Shown one piece after another: positions 52,506 through 61,755 of a stretch of DNA of 64,000 nt. The stretch's first letter is position 1. Every line of letters begins with the position of its first letter. Under the pieces are notes generated by a model that did no database searches, was not told the origin of the DNA, and was given only the letters and a program-made list of their open reading frames with translations. Both the position numbers and the translations under genes were made by a program. Location of the stretch: NCBI GenBank assembly GCA_030599585.1, contig JAUVNS010000007.1, positions 192,001 to 256,000 of the forward strand, in the 5' to 3' direction. This stretch comes from Promethearchaeota archaeon. GTDB taxonomy: Archaea > Asgardarchaeota > Lokiarchaeia > Sigyniarchaeales > SOKP01.

Positions 52506-52806
52506 ATTATCCTCTCTATAAATTTGTAATTAAGATGTTATTCCCTAATTTGAATCTATCTGATATTCTCGAATAAATTTTTTGACCTTACTCTATTTTG
52601 CTACTAAAGGGATTCCAATAAGCGAATTTTCCGAATAATTTTCGATCTGAATAATTATTCGAATTAGTTCTCCGATCTATTATCTCATATATCCTATTTA
52701 AATTTATTCGAAATAAAATTGGAAATTATTATAAAAGTATCAAATTAAAAAAAAATGAAATAAAACAGCTCTTAGATATCGATTAAACAGCTTTACTTAA
52801 AAATAA

Positions 52807-53979
52807 TTAGCTTACTTCAATATGAGCTTCTAAATCTTTAATCAGTTTATCAACGTAACTAAGATCTGTAATAGTTATAGAGATGGCTTCGTTAGGACAA
52901 ACGGTCTCACATCTACCACAGCCCAAACAGCTGTTCTGGTTCACTACAGCTTTGTTATCAATCATTTCCATGCCATTGAAGACGCAAACCTCGAGACATT
53001 CTTCGCAACCAACACAAAGATCCTCATCTACCTTCACAGTTATCCCATCCATCCTTTTAAACATCGTAGTTAGACCTTTTGAGGCATTTTGTACGATAGT
53101 ACCATCTATACAGCAACAAGGACAGCAAAAACACATTGATAAGAAATGTCCCGTATCTTGAACCCCAAATCCTTCAGCCTCATCCATTGCTCTTCCAAGT
53201 AATGGAATTAAACCGTCCTCAATAGCGAGTCTTACATGTTCTAAGGCTTCCTCCTTCGAAATGACATTACTCTTGAAATGGGGTGAAGGGAAATTTAACG
53301 TATCATTACCCATGTGCATACATCCTAGATCAATATTGTGATCTTTACATTTATGATATGCTCTACAACCACAGTCATGCATCTTGACAATATTACTCGC
53401 TTTATCAATAAAATGTTTAAAAACCTTGAGAGGAATGACTTGGCTTTCGTAGGTTCCAAGAGTCTTATTGATTGGTATAAATGCTCCAAAATCATCTTCT
53501 GATACTCGTTGCGTTACAAGTTTTCTAAAAATAGGTATTTTTGAAAGGACAAAAGGATGGAACTCTTTTTCTTTGTTAAATCGAGCAACAACGAACGGTT
53601 TATTTATCCTAGCATTTTTTTTACCCGTTTCTTTTTCAATCTCTTTCCATCCGATAGTTTGATTGATTTTAAAATTACCACCATAAGCCGGGCCATAATC
53701 AAATTCAAAGAGTTCTCCCTTCAAGAAAGTAATTGCTATATCGCCGTCTCTAATTACTAGCGATATATCGGGCTTATCTAACTTTTCTCCAAATTTATAG
53801 GAGACTTTATCTTGCTCGAAGATCTGATATCCTAGGATCCCACAAATCTTCCATTGAACTCTAAGAGTTCCGATAGTTTTGATGTCCTCCTGATAAAGCG
53901 TGTCATTCGGAGCGTTTTCCTCTGTTTCTTTTAGCATTTTTTTAAACAATGCTTCAATTTCCACTTTACTTTCTACCAT
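52807..53979 (-). CDS. 4Fe-4S dicluster protein with an N-terminal SCP2-like region, paralog 1
   Basis: CGCR, EEALE..GLIP, CFCCPCCC, CVGCEECLEVC, CLGCGRCETVCP; ATG 53979 follows AAGGGG. Confidence 0.85.
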   Translation of the reverse strand: MVESKVEIEALFKKMLKETEENAPNDTLYQEDIKTIGTLRVQWKICGILGYQIFEQDKVSYKFGEKLDKPDISLVIRDGDIAITFLKGELFEFDYGPAYGGNFKINQTIGWKEIEKETGKKNARINKPFVVARFNKEKEFHPFVLSKIPIFRKLVTQRVSEDDFGAFIPINKTLGTYESQVIPLKVFKHFIDKASNIVKMHDCGCRAYHKCKDHNIDLGCMHMGNDTLNFPSPHFKSNVISKEEALEHVRLAIEDGLIPLLGRAMDEAEGFGVQDTGHFLSMCFCCPCCCIDGTIVQNASKGLTTMFKRMDGITVKVDEDLCVGCEECLEVCVFNGMEMIDNKAVVNQNSCLGCGRCETVCPNEAISITITDLSYVDKLIKDLEAHIEVS

Positions 53980-54091
53980 TATAACCCCTTGCTTAATCCT
54001 AATTAATATTAACAATATGTTTCGAAGTATTAAAAATTTAATTCTTATGCAAATATCCTATTTTTATTTAATTATTGATAAAAAGCAAAAT

Positions 54092-54115
54092 CTAGTCGAG
54101 GATTATTTGTCCTTC
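54092..54115. repeat. 22/24-nt direct repeat with 55625-55648 (MFS 3'-end remnant)
   Basis: ctagtcgaggattatttgtccttc vs ctaatcgaggattatttttccttc. Confidence 0.8.
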
Positions 54116-54180
54116 TGACTTTGAATAAAGCCATCTAATTCGCTCATCATATTTTTAAATAGAATTTCTAATTCTTTCAT
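54103..54180 (-). pseudogene. 5' remnant of a third 4Fe-4S/SCP2 paralog
   Basis: MKELEILFKNMMSELDG.. after an AAGGTG RBS resembles EIEALFKKMLKE / VRELFVKMLED of the flanking paralogs. Confidence 0.5.
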
Positions 54181-54289
54181 GGCTACACCTTCATTATCTA
54201 ATTCTCATAATTTATTTTAAAAAAAAAATAAATTTCACTTCTCGGAGTCCCGCGATGAGACATGAACCCATCGACAACTTGGCATCCCC

Positions 54290-55510
54290 CTAGCTGACAT
54301 CCACATAGGACTCTATGCGAGCAATCATCCTATCCACACCATCATCCTCGATGGTGATGGTTATCGCTCCAGTGGGGCACACCCTCTCGCACCTTCCGCA
54401 GCCTCTGCAGTGATCCTTACCTTCTCTGTCGATCACTGCAACCTGGTCGATGACCTCCATCCCACCGTATATGCATACCTCGAGACATAGCTCGCATCCA
54501 TTACAGAGAGCCTCATCGACTGTGACGGACACGCCCTCCATCTTCTGATGCCACAGTCTCAGATATCTGGGTGAGTCCTTGCCAGAGCCCTCGACACAGC
54601 AACAGGGACAACAGAAGCAGATGTGCATCAGATCGCCCTGTTCAGGCAGAGCCCTATAGATGATCGTATCGGATTTGACTCTCCCCAGAGAAGGCAGGAG
54701 ACCAGCAGCAACAGCACGACGCGATCGTTCCAATGCCTCTTCTTTGGTACCGATCCTTCCAAAGGTATTCATCCTCAGGGCCCCCTTGCCCAGGGCCATG
54801 CATCCGATGGACTGGTCATAATTCTCGCAATTGGCGAGCGAGCGACACGGGCACATAGTGAAGATATAGACGTCACTTGCCTTGTTTATGAAGTATTCGA
54901 GAACTGCAAGAGGTATCGACTGGTTCTCGTACGTGCCCAAGGACTCATTGATTGGAATGCGAACGTCGTTCGAGTTCTCGGGATCTGTGGTTCGCTCCAT
55001 GATCGGTCGAAACACGGGAATTCTCACCAGGCGAGAAGACAATCTTTTTTGCTTGGGGGGGGCATTCTCTTTTGCGGTATTCAACTTAGGGGCATTACCG
55101 GGTGTAAAACCAGTTAACTTTCCAATTCTCTTTTCCTTGTAAGTCCCGTCGGGGCCCTTTATGCCAACCAAGAACTTAGTCCCCAGGAGGGCCGGCCAAT
55201 GACTGATTTCGTCGTTGAGGAACTGGTAGGCCAGATCAAGATCAGTGCACCCCAATACAAGGGTCGGGTCTTCAGCTTCTTCGTCGATCTTGAATGAATA
55301 CTCTGTCTCGTCGAATACTTGATATCCTCTGATAGGACCGAACTTCCATTGCACTATTTCGTGGAAGTCCTTCATGTCCTCTGCGTAGAACTCATACTGC
55401 ACTGCATACTTCGCGGCATCCTCTAACATCTTCACGAAAAGCTCTCTAACTTTGATATTTTTTTCCCGCATGGCTATTCCGCCATCTTCCTCTGTTTCTT
55501 TTCTACTCAT
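54290..55510 (-). CDS. 4Fe-4S dicluster protein with an N-terminal SCP2-like region, paralog 2 (high GC)
   Basis: CPCR, CFCCPCCC, CNGCELCLEVC, CRGCGRCERVCP; sampled lines are 50-60% GC. Confidence 0.87.
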   Translation of the reverse strand: MSRKETEEDGGIAMREKNIKVRELFVKMLEDAAKYAVQYEFYAEDMKDFHEIVQWKFGPIRGYQVFDETEYSFKIDEEAEDPTLVLGCTDLDLAYQFLNDEISHWPALLGTKFLVGIKGPDGTYKEKRIGKLTGFTPGNAPKLNTAKENAPPKQKRLSSRLVRIPVFRPIMERTTDPENSNDVRIPINESLGTYENQSIPLAVLEYFINKASDVYIFTMCPCRSLANCENYDQSIGCMALGKGALRMNTFGRIGTKEEALERSRRAVAAGLLPSLGRVKSDTIIYRALPEQGDLMHICFCCPCCCVEGSGKDSPRYLRLWHQKMEGVSVTVDEALCNGCELCLEVCIYGGMEVIDQVAVIDREGKDHCRGCGRCERVCPTGAITITIEDDGVDRMIARIESYVDVS

Positions 55511-55624
55511 AATTTAACCTTGCTAATTCGCATAGATATTGTTATTTTACCTTTTATAATTCAATTACCTTTATTAAAAATATTAAAATTTGAATTCTTG
55601 TATCTTTTTTTTATCTTGTATAAA

Positions 55625-55792
55625 CTAATCGAGGATTATTTTTCCTTCGGTTTTACTAATAAATAATATTGGAATCACTGATGATAGAGAAATCACCCCT
55701 CCAAAAATGAATATCTCGGGGGTTGGAATGTATCCATCAGCTATAGGGATACCGAATGTGCTTATAATAGCCGATCCAATCGAAGGTCCTAA
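55625..55792 (-). pseudogene. 3' remnant of an MFS transporter
   Basis: Start-less LGPSIGSAIISTFGIPIADGYIPTPEIFIFGGVISLSSVIPILFISKTEGKIILD*, resembling the last two TMs of an MFS protein. Confidence 0.65.
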
Positions 55793-55818
55793 AAAAAAAG
55801 AAAAAAAGTTTAAAATTA

Positions 55819-57252
55819 TTAAAATCCGAGTTCTTCCATCTTAGCTTTATTAGCTAATATCTTTTCCTGAGTTAGAGGGAAAAACTTCCAAATAATAAGA
55901 ACTCCCACGAGTAACACTAACGCTGGAATGACACCCTGGATAAGGCGGATACCTATAAGCACGGGGGTCATATTAGAAACCACGACGGCCATTTCGTCAT
56001 AAGTAGGATATCCGGGAAGGAAGCCTGAAACATCATGAACAACCGCAATAATTAACTCGTCAATAGATGCAACAAATCGAGCAAGCAATGCAGAAATCCC
56101 GAAGAGAACTCCTTTTTGATTTTTCCCCATCTTGACAATAACATCCTCGGTCACACTCGGACCGATTATAGTATATACATATGAGTTCAAACCTCCCAGG
56201 GCGAGTCCGTAAATGAATGCCATGATCATTAAATCTATAGGCCCTTGAAAGAAACTCAATGCAAATAACGTGACACATGATGCGAGACCCGCAACAATGA
56301 GAGCTTTCTTATTATTGTTTATTTTCTTGATATACCTAAGCCAAATAGGAATAGATATCAAGGTACCTAGGAGATTTAAACCTAAAATAATAAAATAGGT
56401 TAAGCTACCAGCCTGTAAAACGTAAGTCGTTAGATACCACATATTTACTACTACAAGGGTTATTTGAATTCCAAGACAAGTGCCAAAGATAAAATACACC
56501 ACATAAGTTCTCGATTTTAAAGCTTCTTTAAAGACTTTAAAAAAATTCATTCGCTTTACAGAGTCGGGTGAATAAAACCGATCAATCATTATTTTATCCT
56601 CACGGTTACCAGGGAGAGACAAAATACCAAAAAGAAGAGCTATTATGGCGACTACTCCTCCCATTAAAGAATAACTGGCTAATGCGTTACCGGGATCGAT
56701 GAATAGGGAAGGTAATAACATCCCGAGGAGTATAGCTACGATGTCGATTGGTGCATAATATTTTGTGAATCTTCGACGTTCGTATTCCGTTCGAAACTTT
56801 TCCATTTGAACTAACTTGTAATTAATATTCACAAGGGTGCCAAAGGTGTCGAGTAAAACTAATGTTAATAATAACCATAAAAAAGCAGGCAAAGGATTAG
56901 CAACAGCATCGATATTTGGGGCTGAAAAGTGAAGGTAAACAGAAAAAGCCCAAGGGATGATGCCTATGACAATCCATGGAAATCGTCTTCCCCATTTTCT
57001 CGTGAATCTCAAATTCCGATCGATTAAAAAACCAAAAATAGGGTCGTTAACTCCGTTGTATACCAGAAAGATACTCATGGCGATAAAGACTAACCACGCA
57101 TTTAATCCAATAACAGTTTCATAATAGACTAGTGTAAATCCTTGAATAGAACCTATTAATGTAGAGCAAAGGAGACCGCTAGCATTGGAAAGGAAAGTCC
57201 GTCTTGAATGTCTTGTTTCATTAGATTCAGTATAAGTAATAGTTTCATTCAT
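55819..57252 (-). CDS. MFS/GPH (MelB-like) transporter
   Basis: YNGVNDPIFGFLIDRN..KWGRRFPW; about 12 TMs; GIRLIQGVIP. Confidence 0.9.
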   Translation of the reverse strand: MNETITYTESNETRHSRRTFLSNASGLLCSTLIGSIQGFTLVYYETVIGLNAWLVFIAMSIFLVYNGVNDPIFGFLIDRNLRFTRKWGRRFPWIVIGIIPWAFSVYLHFSAPNIDAVANPLPAFLWLLLTLVLLDTFGTLVNINYKLVQMEKFRTEYERRRFTKYYAPIDIVAILLGMLLPSLFIDPGNALASYSLMGGVVAIIALLFGILSLPGNREDKIMIDRFYSPDSVKRMNFFKVFKEALKSRTYVVYFIFGTCLGIQITLVVVNMWYLTTYVLQAGSLTYFIILGLNLLGTLISIPIWLRYIKKINNNKKALIVAGLASCVTLFALSFFQGPIDLMIMAFIYGLALGGLNSYVYTIIGPSVTEDVIVKMGKNQKGVLFGISALLARFVASIDELIIAVVHDVSGFLPGYPTYDEMAVVVSNMTPVLIGIRLIQGVIPALVLLVGVLIIWKFFPLTQEKILANKAKMEELGF

Positions 57253-57472
57253 AATTGATTACATCATATTTTTTTATTAAATTTATATATCAATATGTAT
57301 TGATATTAAAACACTATTGTTTCTTATTGTATATAAATACTATTTCTCTTGGAATAAGAGAGACTTCTAAAATCTTTATACATAATAAAAATAAATCTTA
57401 AGAAACGGGTAAAACCTAAATAAAGATTAATAGCTCTTTATTATAATTATATACTGGATTATCCCAGATGAA

Positions 57473-58246
57473 GTGAACAGTCTAATGGAAAATAAAACTA
57501 CTATTAAAAAGATAAGAGACTTCTTAGAGCAAGAGCAGAATAGTGGGAAAACTTTATTTTCCTATCAATCACCCTTAAACCAGAGCAATCTGTTAACTAA
57601 TTCCAAAATCGGAATAGGTTTAAATAAGTACAATGAAATAATCCTTGAAGAGGAAATGGGTTTAGAGCTTGGTGGCATGAATAGAAAATCATTTTCAATA
57701 ATATTTCCAATTAGCGAATCTCAATTAATCGAACACGGAAAAATAACATTATTAGGAAGAGAAATGAATAAGATAGGGGAGACAAATATAGATTTTGGGA
57801 TGATGATATTAATTGGAATCAATAACGGTACGGATAAGGAAATAGATGCGTTAAGACATTTGAATTTCTTATCAAACGGTATTGAAGGGTTTTCAATTCG
57901 AACGATTCCTCGTAGATTTTGGTGTAGAATTAATACTTCAGCTCTAAAGAAAGGTTTCTCGTTCGAATTCTTAGGCGATGCGATAATTTCTCTGTATCAA
58001 CAAAAATTTAAAGGTTTAATTAAATCAATAGAAATCATTTTCATTAATTCTTATCAAGACTCTATCGAGCAATTTATTGTGCATTCCTCAGATATCTACT
58101 CTAAGCTAAAGGAAAAATGGAAAAATAAAATAGACGAATGGAGAAAAAGGATTGATTGTGATTACGATTGGGGCTGTGAAATATGCCCTTATAGGGAAGA
58201 ATGCTACAAAATCAAACAAGTGTTAGTTTCTCGCGAAGAGATTTAA
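57473..58246 (+). CDS. CODH/ACS beta-subunit-related (truncated CdhC-like) protein
   Basis: ILEEEMGLELGG, GKITLLG, IEGFSIR..RFWCRI, GFSFEFLG, C-terminal CDYDWGCEICPYREEC; adjacent to cooC. Confidence 0.6.
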   Translation: MNSLMENKTTIKKIRDFLEQEQNSGKTLFSYQSPLNQSNLLTNSKIGIGLNKYNEIILEEEMGLELGGMNRKSFSIIFPISESQLIEHGKITLLGREMNKIGETNIDFGMMILIGINNGTDKEIDALRHLNFLSNGIEGFSIRTIPRRFWCRINTSALKKGFSFEFLGDAIISLYQQKFKGLIKSIEIIFINSYQDSIEQFIVHSSDIYSKLKEKWKNKIDEWRKRIDCDYDWGCEICPYREECYKIKQVLVSREEI

Positions 58247-58277
58247 ATTACAAGAAAAGAATAGATGGAATCAGATA

Positions 58278-59048
58278 ATGGAGCTGAATAAAACCCCACT
58301 TATAATTGCTATCACCGGAAAAGGAGGAGTCGGAAAAACAATTATAACTACGCTTATTGCTAAAGCTATTTCTACATCCTATAAATTTAAATTATTGTTG
58401 ATCGACGCAGATCCAACCCATCCACACCTTAGTAAAATGGTCAAATTAGTTCCGGAGGAAAGTCTCGAAAAGATTAGAGCTGATTTAATCGATACCACAA
58501 TTAGTAAAAAGAAGGATATTCAATCAATAGCAGAGTCAATAGATTTTAAGGTATATAATGCCATAACGGAAAGTAAAGATTTTAGTTTGTTTTCAATTGG
58601 TCAACCTGAAGAACCAGGCTGTTTTTGCCCTTCCAACGCTCTCTTGCGAAAAGTTATTGAATCTATTTCAAAGGATTTTGATGTCGTATTGATTGATTGT
58701 GAGGCCGGTCTTGAGCAAATTAATCGGATGGTTATAAAATCAGTAGATTACGTAATAATTATAACCGATATTTCTCTTAGGAGCGTAGAAACGGCATATT
58801 CGATAAGTCAAAGTGCCAAAAAATTTACAAATTACCGAAAAATCAGTGTTATTATCAATAGAGTTAAAGGAGATATTGCTAAAATCACAGATAAACTTAA
58901 AGAGTATGATCTAACTACTATAGCTTCGATTCCTGAGGATGAAATTTTAACAGAATTTGATTTGGAAGGCAAACCAATAATAGACATACCAGACAAATCA
59001 ACAAGCTATCAGGTGATAAAAGATAATATTCATCGGATATTGGAATAA
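58278..59048 (+). CDS. cooC: CooC/AcsF nickel-insertion ATPase
   Basis: GKGGVGKT, IDADP, PGCFCP (CxC Ni site), DCEAGLEQINR. Confidence 0.88.
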   Translation: MELNKTPLIIAITGKGGVGKTIITTLIAKAISTSYKFKLLLIDADPTHPHLSKMVKLVPEESLEKIRADLIDTTISKKKDIQSIAESIDFKVYNAITESKDFSLFSIGQPEEPGCFCPSNALLRKVIESISKDFDVVLIDCEAGLEQINRMVIKSVDYVIIITDISLRSVETAYSISQSAKKFTNYRKISVIINRVKGDIAKITDKLKEYDLTTIASIPEDEILTEFDLEGKPIIDIPDKSTSYQVIKDNIHRILE

Positions 59049-59075
59049 TGGTAAATTCTTTTCAAATTAGTTCGA

Positions 59076-60119
59076 TTATAAGTTGACAAGGCAATATTCT
59101 ACAAATTTTAATGGTTCTAAAGCACAACCACCTGAATCCAATCCACCGAGTTGTACTAGTAATTCCTTGTCAATTTCATTTCCATGAAGCCATAAATCCT
59201 TCAAAACCATTAAAGATTCTAAACCTCTTATAACTTTAATAAAATTATTCCCTAGATCTAGGGTTTCTAAATTTTGGAGGGTTTCTAAACCTTTAATTGA
59301 CGAAATTATATTGCTAGATAAAAATAGTTTATTTAATTTAGTTAATGGATATAAACCACTAATTTCAGAGATTTTATTATCTTTCAAGTTAAGAACTTGC
59401 AAGTTTTTACATTTTTCAAGCTTTTTGATTTTTTCAATTTGGTTTGCTGTTATCCACAGCGTATTTAATTCAGTAAGGGCTTCTAAACCTTTGATTTCTT
59501 GTATTTTATTATCATTAAGATACATTTCACTTAAATTTTTTAAGTGATCAAGTCCCTGTATCTCAGAAATTTGATTTCCCGCTAAATTTAGAACTTTTAA
59601 TTTATTTAACTTATCCAATCCTTGGATTTTTGTAAGCTGATTTCCTGCTATCCACAAAACTTCTAAATTCTCCAAACTATCGAAATCTTCGATTTTTTCA
59701 ATCATATTCCAAGATAAATCTAATTTCTGAAGCGAGCTTAAAGAATCTAAACCTTTTAAATGAGTTATTTGATTAGCTCTTAAATAAAGTTCTTCTAAAT
59801 TAGATAAATGATCAAGGCCATTAATTTCGGTAATCTGATTAGACGCTAGATGCAGAACTTTTAAATTTGTTAAATCTTCCAACCCAGATATTTTGACTAA
59901 GTTATTACTTCCACAATTAAGAATTTCTAAATTTTTAAGCTCTTCTAAGCCTTGTATTTCGATAATTTCGTTGGAACTCAGCTCTAAATGTTTGATATCA
60001 CGTTTATTTAATCCCTTAATGTTAGTAATATTTTCAATTTCAAGCAGACCAAGGTCTAAAAATCCGTCTTTAACTTCGTATTTTTCGCCCTTGTATTCCA
60101 CAGTTTCCATATATAGCAC
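59076..60119 (-). CDS. SDS22-like leucine-rich repeat protein (alternative start 60110)
   Basis: About 12 tandem 22-aa LxxLxxLxLxxNxIxxIxGL repeats. Confidence 0.92.
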   Translation of the reverse strand: MLYMETVEYKGEKYEVKDGFLDLGLLEIENITNIKGLNKRDIKHLELSSNEIIEIQGLEELKNLEILNCGSNNLVKISGLEDLTNLKVLHLASNQITEINGLDHLSNLEELYLRANQITHLKGLDSLSSLQKLDLSWNMIEKIEDFDSLENLEVLWIAGNQLTKIQGLDKLNKLKVLNLAGNQISEIQGLDHLKNLSEMYLNDNKIQEIKGLEALTELNTLWITANQIEKIKKLEKCKNLQVLNLKDNKISEISGLYPLTKLNKLFLSSNIISSIKGLETLQNLETLDLGNNFIKVIRGLESLMVLKDLWLHGNEIDKELLVQLGGLDSGGCALEPLKFVEYCLVNL

Positions 60120-60300
60120 TTGATATTATAATTCGGTATTAAAATAATATGATATATCTGAGAATTATTATAAATTCTTTAAAATATATAGTTTTACCTT
60201 AAATTCCTAGCTTTTTTAAATATTAGTCAAGGCTATTATCCACCTATATCTTATAAATTGAAGCTTTAAAACGAATTGAGTGCTTTATTAAGTGATTACA

Positions 60301-60414
60301 ATGATATTTTGTCTTAATTGTAGAACAAAAGCTAGTGGCTCAAAAGAAGGCTACTATTATTGTCACATATGTGAAAAATTTACTAAGTTCTTTACACTAA
60401 GATTTAAGTGATAG
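60301..60414 (+). CDS. Zinc-finger microprotein, candidate selenoprotein with C-terminal Sec: MIFCLNCRTKASGSKEGYYYCHICEKFTKFFTLRFK-U-*
   Basis: GTGAT RBS-like motif; CxxC-x13-CxxC; TGA at 60409 then TAG at 60412; the TGA aligns to a Cys of paralog 61756-61908; SECIS-like 3' UTR. Confidence 0.72.
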
Positions 60415-60434
60415 GGAGCTTGGGTTATACTAAA

Positions 60435-60521
60435 ATGAATTACCCTTTGAAGAATGAAACAAATATAAAAAATTATAGATGTTTGTTGACAACCCCCGCT
60501 AGGGTTTTATAGGGTAACGAT
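60435..60521 (+). promoter_or_regulatory. SECIS-like element(s): two nested AUGA...GA cores
   Basis: Inner AUGAA-ACAAAUAU-[AAAAAAUUAUAG]-AUGUUUGU-UGAC (60454-60490); outer AUGAA-UUACCCU...AGGGUAA-CGAU (60435-60521); side hairpin AACCC/GGGUU. Confidence 0.68.
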
Positions 60522-61517
60522 TCAAATTTTTTTAATTAGATTTTTGTAGTCTCCAATATATAAATAGGATTCAATATTTTCGTCCATATTCCTTATCTCA
60601 TCAATTTCCAATGAAAACTCTTCAGGAGAAATCTCTTTTCTGTAGATTAATTTTCTCGCTAAATTGTAGTATTTCTCGTAAACTTCTACAGGAGCAAAAT
60701 TTTTTAATTTCGAACTAAAAGAATACAGATTCGAGTAAACTTCTTTAAAATCACCTCCTATTAGCCTCCTTTCTCCTAAAGTATTTGAGCTTACTTTTAA
60801 CGATTCCTTGACTCGATTTAAATAAAATTTCAATCGTATCTTCTGGTCATCGATTTCATTAGCTATAATTTTTTTCTTTTTTTGGTACTCTAAAAAGAAT
60901 TGTTCATCTTCAAGCTTGTCTGAGATTTGTAGGATTACCTTACATAAGGCAAATTTTTGTAACATATTTTTTTCTTTAAGAAGTGCATTCACTATAATTG
61001 TTCTCTCGTTTTCTAACTCTTTTCTTTCTTCTCTTAGTTGTTTTGAAATCTTGCCTCTCTGATCCCATATAGATTTTAATAAACCTATCTGCTTTTCAAT
61101 TAATACATTAGGATCTAATATTTTTTGATGGGAAAGTATGATGTTATTAATTTCTTTATCAAATTTTTCGAAATCTTCAGATTTGACAGCGTTAACTAAG
61201 AATAACTCTTTATAATTTAAAATGATCCTTTTTAGTTTTAAGCTTAACTTTTGAATTTCTTTTTTATCATCTTCTTCAGCAATTATTACTAAATCAATGT
61301 TGACCTCTGATATCCTAAATATTGAAGCTATTAAAGTTCCCAATCCAATTGTATTTAATTCCTCTCTACCATTATTTGCCATGCCTGAAATAAATGATCT
61401 TATTGCAGCTAAAAAAGAACCAAATAGGTCCATGTTAAAATCAATATCTACTTGGACCTCTTTCTCGTAAAGTAATTCTCCTGATTCCATATGGTAAAGA
61501 AATAAAAAGTAAAGCAT
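60522..61517 (-). CDS. Longin-like domain protein with a helical/coiled-coil C-terminus
   Basis: LFLYHMESGELLYEKE..MDLFGSFLAAIRSF..LNTIGLG..DLVIIAEEDD. Confidence 0.78.
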   Translation of the reverse strand: MLYFLFLYHMESGELLYEKEVQVDIDFNMDLFGSFLAAIRSFISGMANNGREELNTIGLGTLIASIFRISEVNIDLVIIAEEDDKKEIQKLSLKLKRIILNYKELFLVNAVKSEDFEKFDKEINNIILSHQKILDPNVLIEKQIGLLKSIWDQRGKISKQLREERKELENERTIIVNALLKEKNMLQKFALCKVILQISDKLEDEQFFLEYQKKKKIIANEIDDQKIRLKFYLNRVKESLKVSSNTLGERRLIGGDFKEVYSNLYSFSSKLKNFAPVEVYEKYYNLARKLIYRKEISPEEFSLEIDEIRNMDENIESYLYIGDYKNLIKKI

Positions 61518-61755
61518 AGGTTTATCCTCGAAAGTTAAGTAATCGTTTTTTTAAAATCTCTTAAAACTAGTCCTCTTTAATGTAAAAAATTCTTTTCTAC
61601 TAAAATATAAATTTGGTTAGATAATATGATAATATACTATCTTTTTTTAAATATTAAGAAAACAATAAATGGCTTATCTTTTGTTTAAACAAAGCTTAAC
61701 TAATTTCTATTTTATAACAAGAACATTTTATAATTCTATTCCTCATTTGAATAAT

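Noticed and set aside
52560-52720. Cluster of CGAATAA/TTCGAA-like palindromic motifs upstream of the antiporter
   Set aside because: Irregular spacing and AT-rich; no consistent consensus
2113-60123. Short antisense or overlapping ORFs in the track (e.g. 2113-2403, 5813-6157, 37200-37637, 43926-44189, 54623-55117)
   Set aside because: Shadows of well-supported genes on the other strand or frame, with no motifs of their own
60417-60520. IS200/IS605 end or ribozyme pseudoknot reading of this structure
   Set aside because: No tnpA/tnpB nearby and no ribozyme core recognised; paired AUGA/GA motifs after a UGA-Cys-aligned ORF fit a SECIS better
61669-61755. 79-aa version of the zinc-finger ORF
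   Set aside because: The extension is AT-rich promoter-like sequence containing the TATA box; homology to the paralog starts near 61756
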